In this document: positions 54,965-64,000 of the stretch, one piece after another | Layout: each line of letters starts with the position of its first letter | Numbering within the stretch: the first letter of the stretch is position 1 | DNA from: Hyphomonadaceae bacterium | Lineage (GTDB): Bacteria; Pseudomonadota; Alphaproteobacteria; Caulobacterales; Hyphomonadaceae | Assembly: GCA_024742355.1 (NCBI GenBank) | Contig: JANSYM010000003.1 | Coordinates: 75,351 to 139,350, forward strand | Length of the DNA: 64,000 bases | Direction: 5' to 3' | Translations under genes and position numbers: made by a program | The notes under the pieces: generated by a model | Databases searched by the model: none | Seen by the model: the letters and a program-made list of their open reading frames with translations, nothing else | What the model was told of the DNA's origin: nothing

Positions 54965-55417
54965 ATGAGTGTGACTGGGCTTAGTAAGATTGATGACACC
55001 GTGCACACTACCAATGTGTGGTTGAAGCAAATCATGACTGCGTGTCACTGGACGGAACGTCAGGATGCTTATCGCGCGCTGCGCGTAACCCTGCATGCGT
55101 TGCGAGATCATCTTCCAATTGAATCCGTCGCGCATCTTTCGGCGCAACTTCCGACGCTTATTCGGGGCCTGTTTTTCGAAGGCTGGAGGCCTGGGCGAGC
55201 CGAATCCCCCGGACGCGATCTGGAGTCTTTTATCCAGCCCATCGAGGACGCGTTTGATCGGTATCCCGGTGTCGATTCTGAACATGTGGCGCGCGCGGTT
55301 TTCGAAACAATGTGCAGCCACATATCGGAGGGCGAAGTGCATCATGTTGAACGCGCTCTACCGCGACGGGTCCGCCGAATGATCGTCTCCGAAGACCAGG
55401 AACTATCGTCCCGCTGA
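54965..55417 (+). CDS. DUF2267 domain protein
   Basis: TVHTTNVWL, AYRALRVTLHALRD.L, HLSAQLP.LIRG.F.EGW motifs. Confidence 0.88.
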   Translation: MSVTGLSKIDDTVHTTNVWLKQIMTACHWTERQDAYRALRVTLHALRDHLPIESVAHLSAQLPTLIRGLFFEGWRPGRAESPGRDLESFIQPIEDAFDRYPGVDSEHVARAVFETMCSHISEGEVHHVERALPRRVRRMIVSEDQELSSR

Positions 55418-56296
55418 TTTGATGATCGCTTTTGAAAGTTGGTTGGCGATTGCGATTGTTGAGTTTGGACCGAGCACCGTTTCAGTCGCCGCCACTGCCT
55501 GCACGCCCTCTGAGGCGAAGCTTTCGAGAACTTCAATTGCTGCAAGACAATGTGTTGCGCAGCAAAGGATCTTAGCGTCCGGATAGGCCAGATGGCATCG
55601 GCGCACCGTTTGAAGCATCGTCGCGCCTGAAGAGATAATATCATCAACGAGAACGATTGTATGTTCGTTGAAGTCGGTGAGGTCGGGAAGAGAGATTTCC
55701 ACATCCCGATCCCCGCGGCGTATCTTGCGCAGCGTTTGATATGGTGCCTGCAGGTGTCCCGCGATTTTGCGCACCCATTGCTCGCTTTCGATGTCGGGCC
55801 CGACAATCATCGATTTCCCAGAGTGGCTGGAAATCCACCCAGCGATAGGCTCATCTGCGGATACACAATACGTCGGGATCTCGTAAACTTCATCGAGCGT
55901 TTGGTAGCGATGGAGATGAGGATCAACGGTGATCAGGCGGTCGAAGTTGTGTGAGATTAGTTTGGCAAAGGCTGCCGCACTGACGATTTCACCAGGATTG
56001 AACGCGATGTCCTGGCGCATATAGGGCAGGTAGGGTGAAACCAGCGTCACGCTCTTCGCGCCTTGTTGGCGGAATCCGTTCGCAAGCATCAATACGTGCA
56101 AAAGCTTGGCATCGGGATTATCCAGCCTGGCCACCAGGAAAATGTCCTGATTTTCGACAGTGTCGAGAATTCGAAAAAGCGTTTCACCGTCCGGAAACCG
56201 GTGCAGATCGAGTCGACCGAGGGGAATGCCGGATGCGCCGGCAATGTCTTCGGCAAGAGACTGCGCGCCCGCGCCACTGAAAATCATCTTGGTCAT
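55403..56296 (-). CDS. Ribose-phosphate diphosphokinase-like protein (accessory, phosphorylase-associated type)
   Basis: HRFPDGE, PYLPYMRQD, VDPHLHR, GPDIESEQW and VDDIISSGAT (PRPP-binding loop). Confidence 0.88.
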   Translation of the reverse strand: MTKMIFSGAGAQSLAEDIAGASGIPLGRLDLHRFPDGETLFRILDTVENQDIFLVARLDNPDAKLLHVLMLANGFRQQGAKSVTLVSPYLPYMRQDIAFNPGEIVSAAAFAKLISHNFDRLITVDPHLHRYQTLDEVYEIPTYCVSADEPIAGWISSHSGKSMIVGPDIESEQWVRKIAGHLQAPYQTLRKIRRGDRDVEISLPDLTDFNEHTIVLVDDIISSGATMLQTVRRCHLAYPDAKILCCATHCLAAIEVLESFASEGVQAVAATETVLGPNSTIAIANQLSKAIIKSAGR

Positions 56297-57807
56297 GGCG
56301 ATGTCAGTTCCACGATTCCCGGATTCGCGTCGATGAAGTCGAGTGCGTATGCCAATTCGCCCGGGGATTGGGTGTGCAGTGTAAAAAGAGCGTCACCCTG
56401 CGCTACCGCGTCTCCCAAATAGACATGTAAGTCGATCCCCGCCGCCACATCCTCGGGCGCGCCAGCCAGTTTTGCAGCTTTGGCAAGCCGTCGATTGTCA
56501 ATTCGCGCCACTCGGCCAGGGCGCGGCGCTATGATGGCGCGCTGGTGTTCGGCCACGGGCGGCGACGCGAGCCGTCCCTGGGCTTTGCAAATGGCTTCGA
56601 AATGGGCGTTCGCCGCTCCGGAAGCGAGGGTTTCTCGAGCCCGTTGCGTGCCTTGCGCAGGTTTCGCCGCGCCGGTGAGCTCCAGCAGAGCCCCAGACAG
56701 CACGCAGGCGCGGTCGCGTAATTCCGGTGGTGCATTAGCTTCGTTTCTCAGCACTGCCAGAACGTCGCGCGCTTCCAATGACGGTCCTATGCCGCGGCCA
56801 ACCGGTTGGGTTCCATCTGTGATCTCGACGCTGATCTTGATATCGAAGTGGGCGGCGATGGCTTCGAAGTGTTGGCGAAGTGACTCCGCGGCTTCAGCGC
56901 TGCGAACTTTTGCGGTTGGGCCAACTGGGATGTCGATGACCAGATGAGTGGCACCGGCAGCGATCTTCTTCGACAGCACCGACGCAATGAGGGGACCTTC
57001 GCTGTCCAGGTCCAGCGCTTTCTGGATGCGAATGAGCGTGTCGTCGGCAGGACTGAAATTGACACTCCCGCCCCAGACAAAACATGCCTGTTCCCGCGTC
57101 AGGACGGCCTTCATGTCGGAGAGGGATAAACTCACATTTGTAATAGTACTCATTGTGTCCGCCGTACCCGCTGGCGAGGTGATCGCCTTCGACGATGTCT
57201 TCGGCATGGTCAGGCCGTTTGCGGCAGCAATTGCGACAACGATTGGCGTTGTGCGATTTCCCGGCAGCCCGCCGACACAATGCTTGTCAGCGATAATGCT
57301 TGCGTCCCAATCCAAACGGCTGCCGGAATCAACCATGGCGCGGGTCAGAGCGATGGTTTCATCATCGTCCAGAATACGCGCTGAACAGGCGGTTACAAAT
57401 GCCGTGAGCTGTATGTCAGAATACCGGCCATGGACGATGTCATCGATGATTTGCCGGGCGGTGTTCTCCGTCAGCTTTTGCCCGAAAATCTTTCCCCGGA
57501 CATCTGCAAAAGACGACAGAGGAGCCGGATGCGATATCGTAAGCGTCTCCGCGCCTTCAAGGTGCAAGCGTTTCCAGGCAATCTCGGACAGTCCGATCTC
57601 CTCCGCGCCAACCAGATTGCTCGTCACGTAGTGCAAAGTGGCGAAGATCTCGGCGGCGCCGTTCTTCAACAAGACACGCGAATGGGCTGAAAACCCTTCG
57701 GATTTGCACGCGGCACAGTCTTGCTGCACGAATGCAATGGCTTCGTGTTGAGAGTCTATTCCGAGTCGCCGCGCCGTCAGAACCGGTCGTCCATCATCAG
57801 TGCTCAT
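56293..57807 (-). CDS. Archaeal-type NMP/AMP phosphorylase homolog (TIGR02645-like thymidine phosphorylase family)
   Basis: Extra N-terminal domain (RRLGID...CKSEGF); DKHCVGGLPGNRTT, KTSSKAITSPAGTADTM, SVLSKK and QPVGRGIGP motifs. Confidence 0.88.
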   Translation of the reverse strand: MSTDDGRPVLTARRLGIDSQHEAIAFVQQDCAACKSEGFSAHSRVLLKNGAAEIFATLHYVTSNLVGAEEIGLSEIAWKRLHLEGAETLTISHPAPLSSFADVRGKIFGQKLTENTARQIIDDIVHGRYSDIQLTAFVTACSARILDDDETIALTRAMVDSGSRLDWDASIIADKHCVGGLPGNRTTPIVVAIAAANGLTMPKTSSKAITSPAGTADTMSTITNVSLSLSDMKAVLTREQACFVWGGSVNFSPADDTLIRIQKALDLDSEGPLIASVLSKKIAAGATHLVIDIPVGPTAKVRSAEAAESLRQHFEAIAAHFDIKISVEITDGTQPVGRGIGPSLEARDVLAVLRNEANAPPELRDRACVLSGALLELTGAAKPAQGTQRARETLASGAANAHFEAICKAQGRLASPPVAEHQRAIIAPRPGRVARIDNRRLAKAAKLAGAPEDVAAGIDLHVYLGDAVAQGDALFTLHTQSPGELAYALDFIDANPGIVELTSP

Positions 57808-59168
57808 GTCAGTTCCACGCGTTCATTATGCTCGGCAACTGTGACATGCCAGTTTTTCCGTTCTTCAATCAGGTGTCGTAGACTATCGGCAGCGTCGGGT
57901 TCGCCGTGGACGATGAACGTTTCTCTGGGAGGTTTGGAAAACCCGTTCAGCCATTCCAGGATCTCGGTTCGATCTGCGTGCGCGGACAACATGTGCAGGT
58001 TCGCGACTTCTGCTCGAACGGGATAGTATTGGCCATGAATTTTGATTTCCTGCGCCCCCTCTAGCATATGCGCTCCGCGCGTTCCGCCAGCTTGGAAACC
58101 CGCGAAGAGAATGGTGTTCCGGGGATCCCCCGCATAAGCCTTCAGATGAAAGAGAATACGACCACCTGTGGCCATTCCGCTTGCGGAAATGATGATTTTC
58201 TGTTCGCTATCAAGGTCCAGAGACTTTGAGTCTTCGGTGCTGCGTGTGAACGTGGCGAGGCCGCATGCCGCTCGCGCTTGCTTGGGCGTCAGGCGCAAAC
58301 CGTCTGTGTGGCGACAGAAAATGTCGCTGGCATCTATCGCCATTGGACTGTCCAAAAAGACCGGTAAATCGGGAATCTCCTGGCGCCCTATCAAGTTGCG
58401 CAAGTGAAATAACAACGCCTGCGCACGTCCGACGGCAAAAGATGGGATGATCACTGACCCGCCGCGCTTGGCGGTTCGGTTGATGATTTCTGCCAACGCT
58501 TGCTCCGCGTCCATGTCAGGGTGATCGCGATTGCCATAAGTCGACTCAAGGAACAGATAGTCCGCTGCGACGATTTTTGCGGGTCTATCCATGATAAGAT
58601 TGTCGAGCCGGCCGAGATCGCCCGAAAACACGAGTTTTTTGCCGTCAGCGTCAACTTCAACAATGGCGGCGCCGAGGATGTGACCGGCAACGTGGAACCT
58701 GATCCGGATGTCCTTTGTCACCTGCACCCAGCTGCCAAACTGATGAGACTGGAGGCTTGGCAATGCCATTTCAGCTTGTTTTTTGTCATATAGCGGGCGC
58801 GCTGGTTTGTGCCGCGTGTAGCCGCCCCGATTTGCGGCTTTCGCCTCTCGCTCTTGCAGGTATCCGCTATCGAGCCACAGAATATCGCACAGCGCGCGGG
58901 TGCCTTCCGTGCAGTGTACCAAGCCGGTGAATCCGTTCGCGACCATGACCGGGACGTAGCCCGAATGGTCCAAATGGGCATGCGTCAGGACAACCGCATC
59001 AATATCTTTTGGGTCGATTGCGAGTGGTTTCCAATTGCGCAGGCGCAACTGTTTGTAGCCTTGAAACAGACCACAATCGACCAGGATGCGCTGTGTGTCG
59101 ACTTCAATCAGAAACTTCGAACCCGTGACGGTGCCGGCGCCGCCGAGAAATCGAACAGACAGATTCAT
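57804..59168 (-). CDS. MBL-fold beta-CASP ribonuclease-like protein
   Basis: THAHLDHSG, AGHILG, SGDLG, ESTYG, PSFAVGRAQ, SASGMATGGR, SAHAD and VHGE motifs. Confidence 0.92.
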   Translation of the reverse strand: MNLSVRFLGGAGTVTGSKFLIEVDTQRILVDCGLFQGYKQLRLRNWKPLAIDPKDIDAVVLTHAHLDHSGYVPVMVANGFTGLVHCTEGTRALCDILWLDSGYLQEREAKAANRGGYTRHKPARPLYDKKQAEMALPSLQSHQFGSWVQVTKDIRIRFHVAGHILGAAIVEVDADGKKLVFSGDLGRLDNLIMDRPAKIVAADYLFLESTYGNRDHPDMDAEQALAEIINRTAKRGGSVIIPSFAVGRAQALLFHLRNLIGRQEIPDLPVFLDSPMAIDASDIFCRHTDGLRLTPKQARAACGLATFTRSTEDSKSLDLDSEQKIIISASGMATGGRILFHLKAYAGDPRNTILFAGFQAGGTRGAHMLEGAQEIKIHGQYYPVRAEVANLHMLSAHADRTEILEWLNGFSKPPRETFIVHGEPDAADSLRHLIEERKNWHVTVAEHNERVELT

Positions 59169-59230
59169 CTGGCGTGCCTCCCAACAAACAGTTGCAGCTT
59201 ACGAATTACGAACCTAGCAGAAAATTTCGC

Positions 59231-59244
59231 TTGATCAGGATCAA
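59231..59244. promoter_or_regulatory. Perfect FNR/FixK-type box in a divergent promoter
   Basis: TTGAT-CAGG-ATCAA between the beta-CASP start (59168) and the cytochrome c start (59302). Confidence 0.8.
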
Positions 59245-59301
59245 TTCTGCGGGTCGAAAAACCGGTATCGCGTCATCACACAACCGTAGGAGGCGAAGCG
59301 A

Positions 59302-59640
59302 TTGAAACTTGTATTTACATCTTTCGGGATTGCGCTCGCAATGGCCGTCGCATGCGCGCCTGCGCCTGAAGCGGTGTCCGGTGAAGCCTCTGGTGAGGTT
59401 TTGGCCAAACGCCTGTGCGCGGGGTGTCATGCTGTGGGTGTCGACGATGCAAGTCGACATTCCAGCGCGCCGCCATTTCGTGCCCTGTCGGATTCCTATC
59501 CGGTGGAATACCTGGCAGAAGCGTTGGCAGAAGGCATAATCGTCGGCCATCCCGACATGCCGGTTTTCGAAATGAGTCCGGGCCAGATCGACGGCTTTTT
59601 GCTGTATCTGGAAGATCTCCAGGAGGCGCCGTCAGACTAG
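59302..59640 (+). CDS. Small monoheme cytochrome c lipoprotein
   Basis: AGGAGG RBS and TTG start; lipobox AVAC; CAGCH; GHPDMP (distal Met). Confidence 0.88.
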   Translation: MKLVFTSFGIALAMAVACAPAPEAVSGEASGEVLAKRLCAGCHAVGVDDASRHSSAPPFRALSDSYPVEYLAEALAEGIIVGHPDMPVFEMSPGQIDGFLLYLEDLQEAPSD

Positions 59641-59676
59641 GTGAGCCCCGACGCGGCGACGATTTTCCCGAGTGAT

Positions 59677-59690
59677 TTGAACTGGATCAA
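59677..59690. promoter_or_regulatory. FNR/FixK-type box
   Basis: TTGAA-CTGG-ATCAA (one mismatch), 56 nt upstream of the USP gene. Confidence 0.65.
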
Positions 59691-59746
59691 TTCCAGACCT
59701 CCAAAAAGGGATCAGAGTACCGGCACGAAAGATGGAGGCTTCGGAT

Positions 59747-60622
59747 ATGAGTTACAAGACACTTCTCGCGCCGTTGCAGTTCAAAGAAACGGCTGAAGCG
59801 ATTATGAGCAGCGCTATGGTGGTGGCGAATGAGTTTGGCAGCCATGTGCATGCCAAACATGTCAGAGCACCCTTTGTTGCCTTCGCGCCTTACGCCTATC
59901 ACACGATCAGCATGGCGACGGCGCCTGTCATGGTGTCGGAACAGTTTGATGCTGCAACAGCCGAACATGCCGCAGCACTGAAGAGCATTTTTGAGTCCGA
60001 GTGCAAACGTAGGGCGCTGCGCATTGTGCCTTTCAGCGAAGGTTGCGCCAGCCCGAAGAAGTCGGCTTCCTGGAGCGACACAACCGGTCCGGTTATCCAG
60101 AGCATGGCTCACTTTGGCCGGGTCTGCGATTTGTCGATCGTTACCCTCCCGGACAAGGGCAATGAACGGCGGGACACGCCGCTGTTTGAAGGGCTTCTCA
60201 TGGCTTCTGGGCGCCCCGTTCTTGTGGTTCCCATCGATGGGCTAAAACGGATTCCGAAGCGGGTTCTCGTCGCTTGGGACGGTAGTTTGCCAGCGACCCG
60301 AGCCCTGCAACTGGCCTTGCCGCTGCTGGGCGCCGCCGATCAAGTGTTTGTGGCGACGGTTGGGGAAGTTGATTTTGGAATGCCCGATGCAGAAGACGCC
60401 GCCTCTTTTCTCGCCAGTCACGCGATCAATGCAGAAGCCCGAACTGTGGACTGGCCGAAGAAGCCGATTGCCGAACGCCTGATGAACCAGGCGGAAGCGA
60501 CAAATAGTGAGCTCATCGTGATGGGTGGATACTCTCACACGCGTCTCTATGAAACGCTCCTGGGCGGTACAACGCGCCACATGCTGGCGCACGCCGACCG
60601 CGCGCTGTTCCTCGCGCATTGA
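59747..60622 (+). CDS. Universal stress protein (tandem domains)
   Basis: SGRPVLVVP, VLVAWDGS..ATRAL and LIVMGGYSHTRL.E..LGGTTR motifs. Confidence 0.92.
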   Translation: MSYKTLLAPLQFKETAEAIMSSAMVVANEFGSHVHAKHVRAPFVAFAPYAYHTISMATAPVMVSEQFDAATAEHAAALKSIFESECKRRALRIVPFSEGCASPKKSASWSDTTGPVIQSMAHFGRVCDLSIVTLPDKGNERRDTPLFEGLLMASGRPVLVVPIDGLKRIPKRVLVAWDGSLPATRALQLALPLLGAADQVFVATVGEVDFGMPDAEDAASFLASHAINAEARTVDWPKKPIAERLMNQAEATNSELIVMGGYSHTRLYETLLGGTTRHMLAHADRALFLAH

Positions 60623-60625
60623 ACC

Positions 60626-61369
60626 GTGTCTGGCGTTCAAACTCTCGAAGCAAAACCTGCGTCAGCGGACGTGTTACTCTCTGTGCACGGTCTGACCAAG
60701 GTCTATCAAACCGGCGCGGTAAAGGTGCATGCGCTGCGCGGAATCGACCTTACAATCGAAACCGGTGAACTCATTGTTTTGCTTGGCGCTTCGGGAAGCG
60801 GAAAGTCGACCCTGCTCAACATCATTGGCGGCCTGGACTCGCCGACGACGGGACGTGTTTCTTTCCTTGGAGAAGATATAACCGAGTATGGACCTTCGGC
60901 ATTGACGCAGTTTCGACGCGCGCATGTCGGGTTCATTTTCCAGTTCTACAACCTGGTGCCCAGTTTGACCGCGCGAGAGAATGTCGCGCTGGTGACGGAA
61001 ATATCGAGTAATCCCATCGCACCGGAAGAGGCGTTGAGAATGGTTGGCCTAGGCGAGCGCATTCATCACTTTCCGGCACAATTGTCGGGCGGAGAGCAAC
61101 AACGGGTTGCTGTTGCGCGCGCGATCGCCAAACGTCCCAACCTGCTGCTTTGCGATGAACCCACAGGCGCGTTGGACAGCAAAACTGGTGTGCAGGTCCT
61201 TGAAGCCTTGAAAACCGTGAACGAAGAGCTCGGCGCAACCACGCTGATCATTACGCACAATATCGGCATTGCTGAAATGGCGGACCGGGTCATCCGACTG
61301 TCCGACGGGATGATTTCAGAAGAGCGACAAATGGGGCGACGGCGATTGCCTTCGGAGCTGTCATGGTAG
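60626..61369 (+). CDS. ABC transporter ATP-binding protein (LolD/MacB-like)
   Basis: [34 protein letters not shown] and ITHN motifs. Confidence 0.93.
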   Translation: MSGVQTLEAKPASADVLLSVHGLTKVYQTGAVKVHALRGIDLTIETGELIVLLGASGSGKSTLLNIIGGLDSPTTGRVSFLGEDITEYGPSALTQFRRAHVGFIFQFYNLVPSLTARENVALVTEISSNPIAPEEALRMVGLGERIHHFPAQLSGGEQQRVAVARAIAKRPNLLLCDEPTGALDSKTGVQVLEALKTVNEELGATTLIITHNIGIAEMADRVIRLSDGMISEERQMGRRRLPSELSW

Positions 61370-63738
61370 GGTTTTTGTCAGCTCTCGATCGGAAACTTCT
61401 ACGCGATCTGTGGCGGCTGCGCGGGCAGGGGCTCGCGGTTGGAATCATTATCGCCTGCGGCGTCGGAATTATGATTATGGCGCTGGGGTCACTCGCTTCC
61501 CTTCAAGAGAGCCGCAGTACCTATTATGAACGGTATCGGTTCGCGGATGTCTTTGCGGATGTCAAACGGGCTCCCAACCACATTCTCGCTGACGTGCGCG
61601 ACATTCCCGGCGTGAAATCAGCTGAAACAAGAATCACCCGAATTGTTACGCTGGACATCGAAGCGCTGCGAGAACCTGCGAATGCGCAACTGGTGTCGTT
61701 GCCCAATGAAGGGCGACCGATCCTCAACGATCTTATTCTGTACGAGGGTCGATGGCCGGATCTGTTGCGGACCGAAGAAGCCATTATCAGTCGCGCATTT
61801 GCTGAGGCGCACGACTATCATCCCGGCGATCGTGTTCGCGCAGTCTTAAATGGTCGCGCCCAGGACATCGAAGTTGTCGGCATTGGCGATAGCCCTGAAT
61901 TTGTCTGGACCCTCGGCATTGGCAGCCTTCTGCCAGACGACAAGCGATTTGGCGTGTTCTGGATGCGCCGGCAATCGCTAGAGAGGACCTTCGAACTCGA
62001 TGGCGCGTTCAACAGCCTGACAGTGTCGTTGCTGCCGGGTGCAATTGAACAAGACGTCATTGATCAACTGGACCGATTGCTGGCGCCTTATGGGGCGATC
62101 GGAGCGTATGGCAGAGACACTCAGTTTTCCAACGCCTTTGTTGAATCTGAGATGGGACAGATGGTGGCGATGGCGCGGATAATTCCGCCGATATTCCTGA
62201 TCGTATCAGCGTTTCTGATCCATGCCATCCTGTCTCGCCTGATCGCGGTGGAACGCCAGCAAATTGGATTGCTCAAAGCGTTTGGATTCACCAACCGCGA
62301 AGTCGCCAGCCACTACATCAAGATGGCTGTGGTGTTGAGCCTGTTCGGTGTTCTGGGTGGCATCTTGATCGGGCGGCAATTAGCGCGGCTCGCAACCCAT
62401 ATCTATTCCGACACGATGCGGTTTCCCGAGATCATTCAAGTGGTGGATTCAACGGCTTACGCGAGTGGCACGAGCGCGGCGATATTGGCTGCCATACTGG
62501 GGGCACTGAGCGCGGCGCTCAAAGCCGCAAGCCTGAAGCCAGCAGAGGCGATGAACCCGGCGCCACCCACGATTTATAAACGCGGCGGCTTGATTCCGGC
62601 TTGGGTAGCGTCGCGCCTCGACGAGCCGACCCGAATGATCGTTCGCCATATAACGCGGTGGCCTGCCCGCGCGGCCATGACGATGTTCGGCATCGCTGCA
62701 TCCATGGCCCTTCTGGTCGGAACTCTCTTTGCCTTCGATTCAACCGAGGAAATGATCGAAACGATCTACTATCGCACCGATGTTTTTGACGCTGCGGTGA
62801 CCTTCGCCGACACCAAGGACTATGAATCGGTATCTGAGCTGAAGCGTTTGCCTGGTGTTTTGGATGTTGAGCCAATTCGGGATGTGTATGTTCGATTCCA
62901 TCACGGGCTTCACACAGAGCGAGGATCGATCACGGCAATCCAGGTCAGATCAGAATCTAAACGACTAATAGATGCGGAAGGGCGGGTTGTCGGCGTCGCA
63001 GAGACGGGGCTGACTTTATCCTCGCGGCTTGCAGAGATGCTGGATGTCGGGATCGGTGAGTGGGTGACCGTCGAGGTTTTGGAGGGGCGCAGGCCTGTCG
63101 TCGAACTTCCGGTGACGGCCATAGTCGAAGAGTATATCGGCTACGCCGCTTACATGAACCTCGAAGAGATCGGGCGCCAACTGGGTGAAGTCCGGATCAT
63201 TTCTGGCGCCTATCTAAAACTCGACCCGGATCAGTCAACGGCGTTCAGCGACGCCGTCCTTGATCGCCCGCAAGTTGCGAGTGTCGCTTTGCGATCGGCG
63301 GTTATCGACACATTCAACGAAACGCTGGAAGAGACCATCTCGATCATGATGACAATCTACTCGCTAATCGGTGGTGCGATCGCGGCGGGCGTTGTCTATA
63401 ATGCGGCTCGAATATCGCTGACCGAACGCGGTCGAGAGTTGGCCAGCCTGCGCGTGCTTGGATTTACACGGGGAGAGGCGGCTTACATCCTCCTTGGAGA
63501 ACAAGCCTTGCTGGTTTTGGTAGCGATTCCGGTAGGGGCCCTTTTAGGGGCTGGATTCGCGCAATTGATCGTAATTGGCATGTCCACAGATCTCTACCGT
63601 GTACCCTATGCAATGGCACCGTCTACACGAGGATTCGCGGCCATCGTTGTTTTGATCGCATCGATTGGCGCCGCCGCGCTTGTTGCCCAGCGCATCCGCA
63701 ATCTTGATCTCATCGAAGTCCTTAAAACCCGGGAGTAA
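61363..63738 (+). CDS. FtsX/MacB-like ABC permease with duplicated module
   Basis: [21 protein letters not shown] and [14 protein letters not shown] motifs. Confidence 0.9.
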   Translation: MVGFLSALDRKLLRDLWRLRGQGLAVGIIIACGVGIMIMALGSLASLQESRSTYYERYRFADVFADVKRAPNHILADVRDIPGVKSAETRITRIVTLDIEALREPANAQLVSLPNEGRPILNDLILYEGRWPDLLRTEEAIISRAFAEAHDYHPGDRVRAVLNGRAQDIEVVGIGDSPEFVWTLGIGSLLPDDKRFGVFWMRRQSLERTFELDGAFNSLTVSLLPGAIEQDVIDQLDRLLAPYGAIGAYGRDTQFSNAFVESEMGQMVAMARIIPPIFLIVSAFLIHAILSRLIAVERQQIGLLKAFGFTNREVASHYIKMAVVLSLFGVLGGILIGRQLARLATHIYSDTMRFPEIIQVVDSTAYASGTSAAILAAILGALSAALKAASLKPAEAMNPAPPTIYKRGGLIPAWVASRLDEPTRMIVRHITRWPARAAMTMFGIAASMALLVGTLFAFDSTEEMIETIYYRTDVFDAAVTFADTKDYESVSELKRLPGVLDVEPIRDVYVRFHHGLHTERGSITAIQVRSESKRLIDAEGRVVGVAETGLTLSSRLAEMLDVGIGEWVTVEVLEGRRPVVELPVTAIVEEYIGYAAYMNLEEIGRQLGEVRIISGAYLKLDPDQSTAFSDAVLDRPQVASVALRSAVIDTFNETLEETISIMMTIYSLIGGAIAAGVVYNAARISLTERGRELASLRVLGFTRGEAAYILLGEQALLVLVAIPVGALLGAGFAQLIVIGMSTDLYRVPYAMAPSTRGFAAIVVLIASIGAAALVAQRIRNLDLIEVLKTRE

Positions 63739-63742
63739 ACCT

Positions 63743-64000
63743 ATGTCGCGCACTCGTATCGTCATTTGGAGCGTGATTGCGTTTTTTGTCTTCCTGGGCG
63801 GTCTCTGGGCTTTCTGGCCACGTGCGGTGCTGGTCGACATGACGCCAATCAGCGTTGGGCATATGGAGGTCGCTATCACAGAGGAAGGGGAAGCTAGGGT
63901 GCGCGACCTCTTCGTTGTCTCGTCGCCCGCTGCGGGATATCTGAATCGAATTGAAATCGACCCTGGTGAGTGCGTTTCCGCGGGCGAGACGCGATTGGCC
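63743..64000 (+). CDS. HlyD/RND periplasmic adaptor subunit (partial, runs off the window)
   Basis: N-terminal TM; ITEEGEARVRDLFVVSSPAAGYL.RI...PG. Confidence 0.85.
   Translation, partial: MSRTRIVIWSVIAFFVFLGGLWAFWPRAVLVDMTPISVGHMEVAITEEGEARVRDLFVVSSPAAGYLNRIEIDPGECVSAGETRLA

Larger units (their letters stand above)
52053..64000. mobile_element. tRNA-integrated genomic island (left part) with low-oxygen cargo
   Basis: att-like tRNA fragment at its edge, lower GC in most spot counts, accessory genes; no integrase in this window. Confidence 0.7.

Noticed and set aside
1-64000. CRISPR array, rRNA, intact tRNA, transposase or integrase
   Set aside because: No regularly spaced repeat-spacer series, rRNA-like sequence or recognisable recombinase ORF was seen. 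The repeats found are isolated palindromes.

Overview
GC-rich alphaproteobacterial chromosome segment. Gene style and content suggest Caulobacterales/Hyphomonadaceae, which is an inference. Bases 1 to ~52,050 are mostly core genome: gltX, a Fur-type TonB-dependent receptor, an Atm1-like ABC transporter, a DEAD-box helicase, ctaA, rplM-rpsI, argC, family-4 UDG, ETF-QO, ispB-TPR-ispE, glyQS, ppdK, a SleB-like hydrolase, nadABC, sapC and dsbD plus a redoxin, with REP-like palindromes in between. At 52053-52077 (minus strand) there is a 25-nt copy of a tRNA 3' end ending in CCA, next to a 12-bp-period direct repeat. This looks like the att boundary of a lower-GC island that runs past the window end. 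The island carries five FNR/FixK-type boxes and low-oxygen-type cargo: two cytochromes c, a HemG-like flavodoxin, an APC permease, DUF2267, a USP and an ABC-FtsX-HlyD exporter. The strongest candidate system is a translationally coupled operon on this island: beta-CASP nuclease, archaeal-type NMP/AMP phosphorylase and PRPP-synthetase-like protein, behind a perfect FNR box. It may be a hypoxia-induced RNA to NMP to ribose-1,5-bisphosphate recycling route. Other highlights: a small unknown gene (45785-46120) with a CtrA box, a GANTC site and LexA boxes; a Psd homolog lacking its catalytic residues; a low-GC in-frame patch inside glyS; and two paralogous secreted proteins embedded in the nadABC operon. 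All family calls come from motif recognition by eye. No database searches were run.
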